Assembly: GCF_001194135.2 (NCBI RefSeq)
Contig: NC_068982.1
Span: 189,959,106-190,000,473, forward strand
Reading direction: 5' to 3'
From: Octopus bimaculoides
Taxonomy: Eukaryota
DNA: 41,368 bases
Position numbers and translations under genes: made by a program. The number at the start of each line of letters is the position of its first letter. Position 1 is the first letter of the stretch. Shown here piece after piece: positions 22,590 to 34,148 of this stretch. Under the pieces are notes generated by a model that did no database searches, was not told the origin of the DNA, and was given only the letters and a program-made list of their open reading frames with translations.

Positions 22590-23280
22590 CACTCAACATT
22601 GCAATTACTGCCTCTACACGAGAACGAAATTTTTTTGCATCTGCCGCAACTTCCGCCTTTTTGAATTTGCGAGTCGCACGTACGATGCAGGTCTTCAAAC
22701 TGTTGACACTCGAGTGTGGTGAAGCATTGGTCCTTGCTTGAAGTACGCCCCATAAAAAGTAATCGAGAAAGTTGAGATTTGGGCTATTACTGGGCCACAT
22801 GTTGGCCCTCACAAAAAATGGCACCTTCTCACCAAAGAAGGCTTGTGTTGTTTTTGACCCATGACATGGTTCAGAATCCTGGTTAAGCACCACATTGTCA
22901 AGCCCAAACTTCTGTTCCATCCAAGGTGACAGTTCTTCAGGATGTCCAGATACTCCTTTGAGCCGATCTTCAAGCCAGACTCAATGAAGTGTTGACCCAT
23001 GACACTTCCATCACTCGCCCCGACTCCAAATACCATCACAGAGGCACCATTCTTAGTCTGCAACACAAGGGCGATGTCAGAAGATTTGTATGCAATCACT
23101 CGAGAATTTCTGTGATTCACCTCAGCGTCCACAGTGACCTTCTCGTCCATAAACACGAGAGTTTTTTTCTGAACCTTTATGTTGGATGAATGACAGAAGC
23201 TTTAGACATCTCTCGGCTCTGATTACTTCGGCCTTGGCTGTTAGGAGGTGACGGTGTCTTCGAACATAGCTAGTTGTGCC
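22590..23280 (-). mobile_element. Frameshifted Tc1/mariner-superfamily DD37D (maT-type) transposase remnant
   Basis: SYVRRHRHLLT..RAERCLKLL..VFMDEK, ASVMVFG, GLKIGSKEYLDIL, QDSEPCH, WPSNSPNLNFLDY, FRSRVEAVI; 37 residues between the second and third Asp. Confidence 0.9.
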
Positions 23281-23338
23281 GTAGTGGTTAATTAATGTAA
23301 AATAATGATGTACGAATTACAGTAGTGGTTCACTTTAT

Positions 23339-23520
<182 letters not shown>

Positions 23521-24038
23521 GTGTCATGTCTGTTTTACAGACATCGATGATCATGAACCTCTATGCTTAATTTTAAAGATCCGTGGTTTTTCTTGGAAAA
23601 ATACAGCAATGTTTTTTTGTTTTCTGTTAATTTGTTTACGGTTTATTCTGCTAGTCTTCTGATTTTCTGAGTTTATCGTTAACGTCCAGGGTCTATTTAA
23701 CTGTTGGGTAGGGTGACTGGTACATAGGACATCAGGGTACCTCCACACACCACGGGGTCCGTTGACACATATCTAGGAGCCGTCTGTTCTCTTAATCCTG
23801 TATGCCTTTGGTACAGATCTGTCTTCTGCTATTTGACTTCTTCTAAGTGGGCCCCTTGATCTGTACCACAACCCCAAATCAGCAGATCTGCGAGTAGTAG
23901 TGGTGATTAAAGAGTAACTCCATAACACCGACAGCTCCTGAACTCTTGCGTTCTAGCCTCGCCTCCAGACGACGCAGTTAAATGTCTTGTTCTTCATCCC
24001 GACATAAACACTAATATATATATATATATATATATATA

Positions 24039-24282
24039 TTGGGTTGGTGCATAATTATTGCGGCTTTTTTTCAACAAATTTTATTCGACAAAAACAATGG
24101 CAACATGTAACATCTTTAAATGATTATTCCGGAGCATATTCACCATCTACTTCAATTAATACTTCTCATTTGCTTGGCAGACTGTCAGACTGTCATTTAA
24201 AAATGTTTTTGTTAAATATTGTTATTGTTTTTGTTGAATAAAATTTGTTGAAAAAAGTCGCAATAATTATGCACCAACCCAA
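24039..24282 (-). mobile_element. Mariner-derived MITE (244 bp) with ~58-bp TIRs
   Basis: TA at 24037-24038 and 24283-24284; TIR TTGGGTTGGTGCATAATTATTGCG resembles the Hsmar1/MADE1 TIR; interior retains DSLPSK*EVLIEVDGEYAPE*. Confidence 0.92.
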
Positions 24283-24661
24283 TATAATGAACAATATCGT
24301 AGAACGTATTAAATAAATAAAACTTATGAATCCAATTTATATCGAATATTTTTTTATAGATTACAATAAGTAAAGATTACAAAAAAGTTTTTTTCGAAAT
24401 TGCATAAGGGATCGGATCAAGCTCTTTGGCAGCTTGGCTGATTTGGGCAAGTGGGTAGCGGTCAAAAAATAAAAAAATAAATAGATCAATAATTATAGAA
24501 AAAGAAACATCCTTTGCATGCGAGGCGGTCAAAAACGTAGATAAAAAGTAAATATCTTTAAGTCTGGAAATATATAAAATATTACAAATGTTATGAATAC
24601 TGTATGTCTATAAAATAAATGCTGTAGCATGGGCACGAATGAATATCTCAGACTAGTAAAT

Positions 24662-24940
24662 AACTTAGTGAAGGTGCACACGATCGTGAGTTCGATTCCC
24701 GGCGACACGTTGTGTCCTTGAGCAAGACACTTTATTTCACGCTGCTCCAGTTTACTCACCTGGCCAATATGAGTAGTACCTGTATTTTCAAAGGGTCATC
24801 TTTGTCACATTGTGTCACACTGAATTTCCTAGAAAACTACGTTAAAGTTTACGCGTGTCTATGGAGTGCTGAACCACTGGCATTTCAATTTCATGATCGG
24901 ATCAACTGGAACATTCATCGTCATAACTGACGGAGAACCA
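24662..24940 (+). mobile_element. tRNA-SINE family E (CORE-like middle), tail type Z
   Basis: GAGTTCGATTCCC, CCTTGAGCAAGACACTTTATTTCAC, tail as in 14324-14656. Confidence 0.85.
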
Positions 24941-26169
24941 CTTTTTATTAATAAATAACAATAAAGCATATTCAACTCCTTCATTCTCTGTGTAACCATA
25001 GGAAAATTATAAGAGTGTCAGTTTAACTCCTGTTTCTGGAGTGTTTGTGCGGTGTGAATGATTCTAACCGATATAGGACGGTTAACTATGGCCGATAAGT
25101 TTTACAGAAAGGTTGATTATTCCCTGTTCATTATTTAAATAAAGCAACGCAAGGAGAATTAAACTGTTTTCCTATTCGCTGGCATTGTGAAACAGCATCC
25201 GTCAGATGTGAGCTGACTACTTGTCAGCCATTAGTTCTATATTGTAGTCCTACAGTCAATTCACTTGTATAGAAGCATGTAATAAACACCAAAGCTTATT
25301 ACGAACAAACACAAAAACAACAACCATCACCACCACTACGACAACGATGACGACAAAAATCAACAACAAAAGAAACAAAGAAAGAAAGTGTTTAATGTAC
25401 ATACAAACATAAGTAGTTGATCTATAGAATGAAAACACATACAACTACGGAGTCTGTTTGGTTTCGAATGCTAGTGTATATTTGTATTTCTATCCACGCT
25501 TCTTTAGTTTGTCGTTTTCTTCTGCCATTCAAACGACCACCATTGTATCGTCTGCGTTGAAACAGCTCTCGTCTGCTTTCTAAGACAACCGGCCGCCATT
25601 GTTGTGTATTGAGTTTTAATTGTGACCAGTCGTGTTAGGAAAAGTTATAAACTAATTTGCTTCGTTTTCGTTCGACGCCATCACCATCATCACTACCAGC
25701 ATCATCATCATCATCATCATTATTATTAAGACTATCGCCTATGGTTTGGAAAACTACTTCAGTTACTGAATAAGAAAGAATGGGGAGGAGGACTGGGTGG
25801 TATCTTGAAACTATCAAAGAAACATGCCTGGATTTGTTTCCAAGACAAACGTGTGTTCATGCTGACATGCAAATGAATTACACATAAACACACACAATAC
25901 GTATGTGCGTTTATGTGTGAGCGATATGTCTTCTGGTTGAGTGTATATATGTTTATATATATATGAATATATGTGCAACAAGAATGTGCGAGTGTATATG
26001 TGAGCATGTGCATATGTGGATGCATGCATACACACACACCTATACACGAGTCCATATGTATATATGTGAACGTATGTATATATGTGTGTGTGCCTGTGTG
26101 AATATATGTGCATATGTTTGTGCGTATATTTATCTACACTCTCAGGTACATACTTAATTACACTCACTC

Positions 26170-26204
<35 letters not shown>

Positions 26205-26546
26205 CACACACACACACACACACACGTATGTCCATATAGCAGATGTTCATACGCATATCAGGGGGTCATTGGTAGGTAAAGGCTTAGATTTATTTATGGG
26301 AAGAAGGCAGGGTTTCACATATGTAAATACAGTGACTAGAAAACATATCGATTAACTAGGATTACCAATGCAATTAGTTGGTGAAAACTTCCTTTGGGAC
26401 ACTTTGAAATCTAAAAGCAACAAGCGGGAGAAGTAAATCCAGTAAAATCAATTTAATAAAATTTTAAGAAATAAGGAAAACGTGATCTAAAACAAACATG
26501 TTTCAACATAGTGGCTTCTTCAGCTTCGCGTACTGCGCACAATTGA

Positions 26547-26598
<52 letters not shown>

Positions 26599-26928
26599 TC
26601 AATATCGCTAGCATCATAAAGATTTTATAAACTTTTCAAGAGAACGTGAAATGATTTTTATTTTGGAATATCATGGAACATATAGAAACTATAAATAATA
26701 GCATGTGAATATTTTGTTTAAAAACGCTTTTTGAATATAAAAAGACGAAAGCTGACCGTGGGACCAATTATAGTTGATTGTGATTCGTACTGTAATGTCT
26801 GAAGAAGTGAATGAATAGTAATTTGTGGCATGAATTACATAGCTATATATACTTTGAAATAGATGCCGTTCGTTTATTTGACTTTTTTTTCCTCTAATAA
26901 TAGTAATAATAATAATTATTATTATTAA

Positions 26929-27140
26929 TGTGGTGAATTAGAAGAATCGTTACCGCGCCGGACAAAGTGCTTAACAGTATTTCTTCCGATTTTATATTCT
27001 GAATTTCAATACTACTGGGGACAACTTTGCCTTTCATCCTTTCGGGGACGACAGAATAAGTACCAGTTACACACTGAGGCTTACGTAACCAACTGAACCC
27101 CTCCCTCAAAATTTCAGGCCTTGTGCCAATAATAAAAAGG
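26929..27140 (+). mobile_element. tRNA-SINE family C
   Basis: Colinear with 6379-6597; preceded by (TAA)/(ATT)n. Confidence 0.8.
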
Positions 27141-27147
27141 ATTATTT

Positions 27148-27391
27148 TGTACATTATTTACATTTGACGGATATTTGTCCTCATCTTGTTTGTTGTTAAC
27201 ACAACGTTTCGGCTGATATACCCTCCAGCCTTCATCAGGTGTCTTAGGGGAGTTTCGAAGCTGGGTTCTCATTCCTAAGGTATTTTTCGATGTAATTATA
27301 ATTATTATGGTCACAGCCTGGAATCGGATTCGGAATCTTGGGGTTAGTAGCCCACGCTCTTTACCACTACGCCATATGCCCGTGGGCATAT
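27148..27391 (-). mobile_element. tRNA-SINE family D (hammerhead-bearing), copy 2
   Basis: 5' hairpin ATATGCCC-AC-GGGCATAT, A box TGGCGTAGTGG, degenerate B box, (ATA) linker, hammerhead; colinear with 5774-6010. Confidence 0.92.
27198..27243 (-). ncRNA. Intact minimal type I hammerhead ribozyme; predicted cleavage after GUU, between 27203 and 27202
   Basis: GACAC-CTGATGA-A-GGCTG(GAGGGTATAT)CAGCC-GAAA-CGTT^GTGTT: full catalytic core, 5-bp helix II, 5-bp helix I (one G-U), palindromic ACGU helix III. Confidence 0.85.
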
Positions 27392-27404
27392 CCAACAGGA
27401 TTAT

Positions 27405-27830
27405 TATTAATATGTTACTTCTCAGAGCTCTCGGCCTCACCTGCTCGGATTGAATCTGTCAGAGAAGACAGTACTCTGTTAACAGAGGTTTCACGGGGTC
27501 TCTTTCCGCAAATTATAAGCTCTGCTACCTGGATGTTAACTTCTCGTGAAAGACACTCAATACCCAAGCACCTATCTCAAAACCCCGCTGTCCTCAACAG
27601 AGCAGTTTTTTGGGCCCTACTCTACCCTCGTGTCAATTTCTCCGACGTATTTCACGAACCCAGTTCTTATTGCTCCGAGTGTCCCTAAAACTGCTGGGAT
27701 AATAGTCACTCCCCCCATTACCCACATTCTTGCAATTTCCTCTTTTAGTAGTCTGTATTTCTCCATCTTTTCCAGCTCTTTGCCATCTCCTCATGCATCC
27801 CCAGGTATGGCAATATCTATGATTTTGGTT
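27405..27830 (-). mobile_element. R4/Dong-like non-LTR 3' end: restriction-like endonuclease remnant plus 3' UTR ending in (TAA)n
   Basis: [32 protein letters not shown]...TIIPAVLGTLGAI; minus-strand end ATATTAATAATAAT. Confidence 0.85.
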
Positions 27831-27918
27831 AAGGCTGCGAGCTGGCAGAATCGTTAGCAGGCCGGGCGAAATGCTGAGCGCTATTTCGTCTGCCGTTACG
27901 TTCGGAGTAGAAAAGAAT
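27831..27918 (+). mobile_element. tRNA-SINE family C with internal deletion
   Basis: Head GCGAGCTGGCAGAATCGTTAGC...GTTCG fused directly to terminal GAGTAGAAAAGAAT. Confidence 0.8.
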
Positions 27919-27971
27919 ATCTATGATCTTGGTTTCCTTTTTTCTTTAATCCACCACAACAATGTCTGTGA

Positions 27972-28009
<38 letters not shown>

Positions 28010-28168
28010 AGCATATATTTTTAGTTTGCTTGTGTGTGTGTGTATGTCTGTGTGTGTATGTCTGTGTGTGTATGTCTGTGTGTGTTTGTGTGTACGTTTG
28101 TGCGTGTGTACGTTTGTGTGTGTGTACGTTTGTGTGTGTGTGCATACATAGCTATGTACTTATGTGTT

Positions 28169-28492
28169 GAAAGTTCGTAGCTTAGTGGTTAGGGTAATCG
28201 ACTCACTATTGTAATGCCATGAGTTCGATTCCCGGCGGTGCGTGGTGACCTTGAGCAAGACACTTTATTTCATGTTGCTCCAGCCCACTCATCTGACAAA
28301 AGTGAGCAGTACCTGTAATTCAAAGATGGGGCAGCCTTGTCACATTGTGTCACGCTAAATTTCTCTGGGAACTACATTAAGGGTTACACATGTCTGTGGA
28401 GTATTCAGCCACTTTCATGTTAATTTCACGAGCAGGTTATTCCTTTGATCGGATCAACTGGAACCCTCGTCGTCGTAACCGACGGAGGGCCA
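28169..28492 (+). mobile_element. tRNA-SINE family E (CORE-like middle), tail type Z
   Basis: TAGCTTAGTGGTTAGG, GAGTTCGATTCCC, CCTTGAGCAAGACAC, tail ending CCGACGGAGGGCCA. Confidence 0.88.
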
Positions 28493-28905
28493 GTTACGTG
28501 TGTATGTGTACGTTTATTATGCTTGTGTGTATGTGTATGCATATATACATGTGTATGTGAATAGGTGTATACACATTGCATATATACACTCATTCGTAGC
28601 TGTATTAATTTATTCCTTATACACGCGTCCTTACATACAACGGTTTGCTTTCATCTCTTAGATAAATTACTCGGACGACTTTGTTTTGTGTTGTGTTGGG
28701 TTTTTTTTTATCTAGTCCAAACCACCACCACCACCACCACCACCACCATATTCAACAGTTATTCCTTAATGGTGTTTTACCATTTTCTCCAGTGTGATGG
28801 CTTTGTCAAAGACAAAAAAAATATACTCAAAGAAAACTGTCATAGAAAGGAGAATTCACAAAGTTTTACATGTGATCACGTCTGCCCTTTACATATTGCA
28901 AAGGG

Positions 28906-28995
<90 letters not shown>

Positions 28996-29261
28996 GTATA
29001 TACGTTATGTATGTCTGTGTGTGTGTGTGAGAGAGAGAGAAAGAGAAAGAGAGAGGCGCTTGCATGGTGGTGTGGTTAAAAAAGCATGCTTTAGAAACTC
29101 GTACTTTCATGTTCAATTCCATTGCATGGCACATTGGACAAGTGCCTTCTACTGTAAGCCAAGGCTGACCAATGCCTTGTGGAGGAATATGGTTGACGGA
29201 ATCTGTATTGAAGCCAATCGTGTGTGTGTGTGTGTGTGCCGATATATTTCTTTGTCTGTGT

Positions 29262-29640
29262 GGAGACGCAATGGCCCAGTGGTTAGGGCAGCGGACTCTC
29301 AGTCATAGGTTCGCGGTTTCGATTCCCAGGCTGGGAGTTGTGGGTGTTTATTGAGCGAAAACACCTAAAGCTCCAGGGGTTCCGGCAGGGGGTGGTGGTG
29401 AACCCTGCTGTATTCTTTCACCATAACTTTCTCTCACTCTTTCTTCCTGTTTCTGTTGTACCTGTATTTCAAAGGATTCAGCCTTGTTACAATCTGTGTC
29501 ACGCTGAATCTCCCAGAGAACTACGTTAAGGGTACACGTGTCTGTGGAGTGCTCAGTCACTTGCATGTTAATTTCACAAGCAGGCTGTTTTGTTGATCGG
29601 ATCAACTGGAACCCTCGTCGTCGTAATCGACGGAGTGCTA
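29262..29640 (+). mobile_element. tRNA-SINE family B, full length, tail type Z
   Basis: GGAGACGCAATGGCCCAGTGGTTAGG A box, TTTCGATTCCC B box; colinear with 14324-14656. Confidence 0.92.
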
Positions 29641-29649
29641 TAGTAGTAT

Positions 29650-29838
29650 TTATTTGTCTATGTTTTTCCCCATTCTGCTTGACAACCTGTGCGAGTTTGT
29701 TTACGTTCCTGTAACTTAGCAGTTCGATAGAAAAGAAGATAGAATAAGTATCGGACTTAAAGATAGGTTCTGGGGTCGATACATTCGACCAAAACTGTTT
29801 GAAGTGTGCCTCGATGTGGCCCCTTTCCAGTGACTGCA
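29650..29838 (+). mobile_element. tRNA-SINE family A, diverged 3' half
   Basis: GCTTGACAACC..GTTTACGTTCCTGTAACTTAGCAGTTCG..GATAGAATAAGTA..CTGGGGTCGAT. Confidence 0.7.
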
Positions 29839-31127
29839 AGAAGATAAAACGAACGAAAAGTTCTCAATACTTAGTTTGTGTAATTTATTTCAAATTGCAT
29901 CGACATATTAGTCACCAAAATTTGATTGGTTACCAAAACCTGTTAGGAAACACAATCATCTTTTCTATTGTTACTCAACGGACACGCGATATATTCATGT
30001 CTTTAGTATCATGCGTGTAAAATACACTTCCGCAAGGAAGATGATAGTTTTAGGGTTGATAGTAAGCAATGTTTTATACGCCGCAATCTTTCCTAGAATG
30101 GCTTTCATTTCGATGATTAAATTATTTTAACCTGTTGATATTTGAAATTTTTCAATAAATACCGTTAGGAGTGTTTGCAAGAATTTCTTATGATTCTTTT
30201 ATTCAAAATTGCACAAGCTGAAATAAGGCACTTTACATTTGTAAGAGACAAGAATCTCGTCTCTGGAACACTTACTGAATGGGAAACGTGTTCTATATTG
30301 CACCAATCGATTTTTAAAATTATAATAGCAATATAAATGAAATGGTGGCGCATTCTGCTAAGTGCCTGATTGTATATATATGTTGTATATATATATGTTG
30401 TATATATGTTGTATATATATATTGTATATATATGTATATATATGTTGCGAGAATGTTCCTTTAAAATAATTTTCACTAAGTTCACTATATCTTATTGCTT
30501 CACTGATTTTTGTAAGAGAAAACACAACTTGATAAACTAATATTTCAGAACGATACATGCCGTTGCTACTTTAGATATCAAGAGTGTCGTAATTGCATAG
30601 ATGAGGAGAGTTTCGGGTGTTAGGTTTGTAAATTTTTCGCGTTATGGAAGCAATGGCGTTGTGCAACTATAGTTCATCAAAACGCGATTTTTACGTCTAC
30701 GGTTTATATTGATAGTTCACAGTGAGATACTTGTTAATAAGCATAAAAAAAAAACATTTAAACTATACGGGGGATTATACCATTCAATATTTTGCTTTTC
30801 TATTTCTGCACTGCATATAGAGTATTTTATTCTAACGGCATTCTTTCTACTATGTGAACAAAACCTGAGATTTTAGTGGAATGGACCGAGTGAGGCACTG
30901 AGCCCTTGGCTAAGGCACATCATTTCCCGTTGCTCACCAGCCGACAACTGGTACACCCCTAACTTTAACTGTTATATCTACAATGTTTCGTTGCATCAAT
31001 GATGAGGATACTTAGAGGTTGTCTACATCATATCACGACAATACGTGTACCTAAAACAATTAGCGAAAGTATCGTACAATCTATCAGGTTAGGGTGACTT
31101 GCAAGTAACGTCTAAGCACACACACGC

Positions 31128-31292
31128 AGAGGCGCATGCGTGTCTGTGGTAAGAAGCTTGCTTCACAACCACATAATTCTGGGTTCAATTCCACCGCCTG
31201 TTACCTTGGGCAAGTGTCTTCTAGTATAGTCCCAAGCCTACCAAAGCATTGTGAATGGATTTGGTAGACGGAAACTGAAAGAAACTCGTCGT
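31128..31292 (+). mobile_element. tRNA-SINE family A, 5' half
   Basis: GTGGTAAGAAGCTTGCTT..GGGTTCAATTCC..GGATTTGGTAGACGGAAACTGAAAGAA. Confidence 0.85.
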
Positions 31293-31633
31293 GTGTGTAT
31301 GAAAGAAATAGAAGCAGAGAGAGAGGTACATGCACCGATGAAAACTTTTCTCTGAGACATTTAAAACAAAATAGCACGACGATATATTATTAATGAGGAC
31401 GATGTAAATAATTAGAAGTGGAAGAAGAGCGAGATCAGCAACAGGAACAGCAGCCGACAATGCAAGCGCGAGACTGGTAAAAAGAAACTACAGAAAGAGT
31501 CAGTATCAGAATAAGCTGAAGAAGTTATCGGGAGTGCTGCAGATTTTATATATATATATATATATATATAAAGTAAACAGAAAATGGATATTGATCAAGA
31601 ACAATTGACTAACATCAATTATTACTTTTTAAT

Positions 31634-31670
<37 letters not shown>

Positions 31671-31824
31671 ACGGCTAATTATCATGGATAATACAATGTG
31701 TCTAATGGTCATAATATTTTGGCTATCACGTATTTCGTGACAGGAAGTTATACATACATATGCGTGTACGCGACTGGAAGGTGTATATAAATATATACAT
31801 ACATTTGTATATCTGAGTCTCTCT

Positions 31825-31907
<83 letters not shown>

Positions 31908-32061
31908 CTAATATTGCTTACGTCGCTAAAGAACATATACATACATATATACACACGTGTGTGTATGTATATTTCCCCACATGTATAAACATGCAGATTG
32001 ATAATATAACTACGTGCGTCTGTCTACCCATCTATCTACCTTGCAGCCATATATCTATCAG

Positions 32062-32114
<53 letters not shown>

Positions 32115-32291
32115 CACGCTTACATACACACACACACACATCCGTGTTTATGTAGGTAGATATATATACTCACACACAACTCCTACGACATCTACAGCCT
32201 CTCCCGTCCATGCATCAAGAGAGACAGTCCGACAGAAGTCCAGGCATTCTCTCTCCTCTCCTTAGCCTACCTCTCTCTCTCATTCGCACTG

Positions 32292-32333
<42 letters not shown>

Positions 32334-32622
32334 ATCACAAAGCCACCTTTGTTCCTTCAGATTTTTCAGTGCAAAATGTTTATCTTTATTTTCGCTCAAT
32401 TGTTCTCACACAGTTCTCTTTACTTCTATATCATTCCGTTTCTTTGTTTTCTCCTCTCTCACAACTGCTGTTGTTTCGTGGGTTTGTATGGCTTTGTTGT
32501 TTGTTTATTTCCTTCCTTCTTTCCTTTGTTCCTATCATTCTTTTGTTTCCCATCAACAATTATCGCTTTCTCATTAACATCTAATTGTCATTTTTATTTC
32601 TTTATTTTATTATACTTTATTA

Positions 32623-32653
<31 letters not shown>

Positions 32654-32734
32654 TGTATGTATGTATGCATGTGACATCGTATCAGTTAATATTGCCTGCC
32701 TTCTCGTTTGTGTGTATCTTCTCATTTACTTTGT

Positions 32735-32790
32735 TTGATTGGTTGCTTTGGTTCCGCTCACTGATTGGCTGACAAGTATTTGTTTAATTA
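32735..32790. promoter_or_regulatory. Pair of CCAAT (NF-Y) boxes
   Basis: TTTGATTGGTT (ATTGG 32738-32742) and CTGATTGGCT (ATTGG 32764-32768) in unique sequence. Confidence 0.35.
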
Positions 32791-32867
32791 TGTTAATGTT
32801 GAATGCATATTGCCCACAAATTTTTCTATATCTATTTGACATTATTTTTCACTATTCAGTAGTAACT

Positions 32868-32900
<33 letters not shown>

Positions 32901-32903
<3 letters not shown>

Positions 32904-33200
32904 GGCGTGGTTATGTAGTAAGAAGCTTGCTTCCTAACCACATGGTTCCGGGTTCAGTCCCACTGTGTGGCACCTTGGCCAATTGACTTCTAATATATAG
33001 CCTTGGGCCGATCAGTTTTGTGTGTGTGTGTGTCTTTGTCCTCCACAACCACAGATGTGTTTATGTCCGCGGTTCGGCAAAAGGACCGACAGAATAAGCA
33101 TAGGCTTTAAAAAACTAGTATTGGGATAAATTCATTCGACTAAAGATTCCTCAGAGTGGTGCCCCAATATGGCTGCATTCTAATGACTTAAAGAGGAAAG
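32901..33200 (+). mobile_element. tRNA-SINE family A with internal deletions
   Basis: GCAGGCGTGGTTATGTAGTAAGAAGCTTGC head, GGTTCAGTCCC, 3' GGTTCGGCAAAAGGACCGACAGAATAAG. Confidence 0.85.
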
Positions 33201-33417
33201 ATTATATATATATATATAAACATGCACACGTACATATACACATTTCCAGGTCTGCACGCATACACAGATACGTGTGCACTCGTACACGCATCGGCGTAAA
33301 TACATATACACCGACCCTGTTAACATGCATGTATGTGTGTTCGTGCGTGGGCTGTAGTTGGGGTTGGGGTGTTGACGTCTCACTTAGGAAGCTGCAGCCT
33401 CGAACCCTGGAACCGTG

Positions 33418-33465
<48 letters not shown>

Positions 33466-33467
<2 letters not shown>

Positions 33468-33607
33468 CGGGCTCCTTTTAGTTTCCGCTTGCCAAATCCA
33501 CTAACAAGGCTTTGGTCGACCTGGGACTATAGTAGAAGATACTAGGCCAAGATGCTACGCAGTGGAACTGAACCCGGAACCGTGTGGTTGGGTAACAATC
33601 TATTTAC
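33466..33607 (-). mobile_element. tRNA-SINE family A, 5' half
   Basis: Reverse complement of the family A head. Confidence 0.8.
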
Positions 33608-33624
33608 ATAGTGTTTCTAATATA

Positions 33625-33830
33625 ATAACGATGTTATCACAAAAGAACAAGCTGCTGGGGGTTCGCAGGTGTGCTGAAGATCTTGAAATCGACAAAATGA
33701 CGGGGTCAGATATGCGACAGCATCGGAAAAATTTGGCAATGGTTTGGTTTAGAAGCTTATCAGAATGTATTAGATTCTCTTCGTCACTCATGGATGTCAG
33801 CGGTTCTAAGAACTACAGTCAAGGCTGTCT
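33625..33830 (+). mobile_element. R4-like non-LTR reverse transcriptase N-terminal fragment
   Basis: EQ..GGS, EDLEIDKMTGSDMRQHRKNLAMVWF, YQNVLDSLRHSWM, against EQ.G.R.GSRG.KDQLLIDK.I..D.R...KNL.M.W.DY.KAYDSVPHSW. Confidence 0.7.
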
Positions 33831-34010
33831 TTGCTATTGGCTTCTCTCATTACGTTAAATGGACGAAGTGATTGTATCTTCTCTGTCAGGATAAAATATA
33901 GCAGGGGTGTACTTCAAGGGACGATCACTCTGTGGTGGTGTTTATAATTGCAGGCAATCCTTTATATTTTTTCTCGGGGAAATCTGAAAGATATTTGTCT
34001 GGATCATAGG

Positions 34011-34144
34011 AATCTCCCTGACAACTACATTAAGGGTACACCTGTCCCTGGAATACTCAGCCTCTTGCACTTTAATTTCATGAGCAAAGTGTTCTGGTGA
34101 TCGGATCAACTAAAACACTCGTCGTTCCAACCGACGGAGTGCTA
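34011..34144 (+). mobile_element. 5'-truncated SINE: tail type Z only
   Basis: AACTACATTAAGGGTACAC..GATCGGATCAAC..CCGACGGAGTGCTA. Confidence 0.8.
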
Positions 34145-34148
34145 GTTT

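Noticed and set aside
27138-27405. AGGATTATT as a 9-bp target duplication of SINE D copy 2
   Set aside because: The left copy also resembles the element's own tail (AGGAATTAT) and the neighbouring SINE C end, so it is ambiguous.
29262-29330. SINE heads as genuine tRNA genes
   Set aside because: A and B boxes are present but there is no complete cloverleaf or acceptor stem, and each continues into a repeat body.
30165-30310. piggyBac-like Cys-rich C-terminal remnant on the minus strand
   Set aside because: Only scattered Cys spacing, no TIR or TTAA support; too weak by eye.
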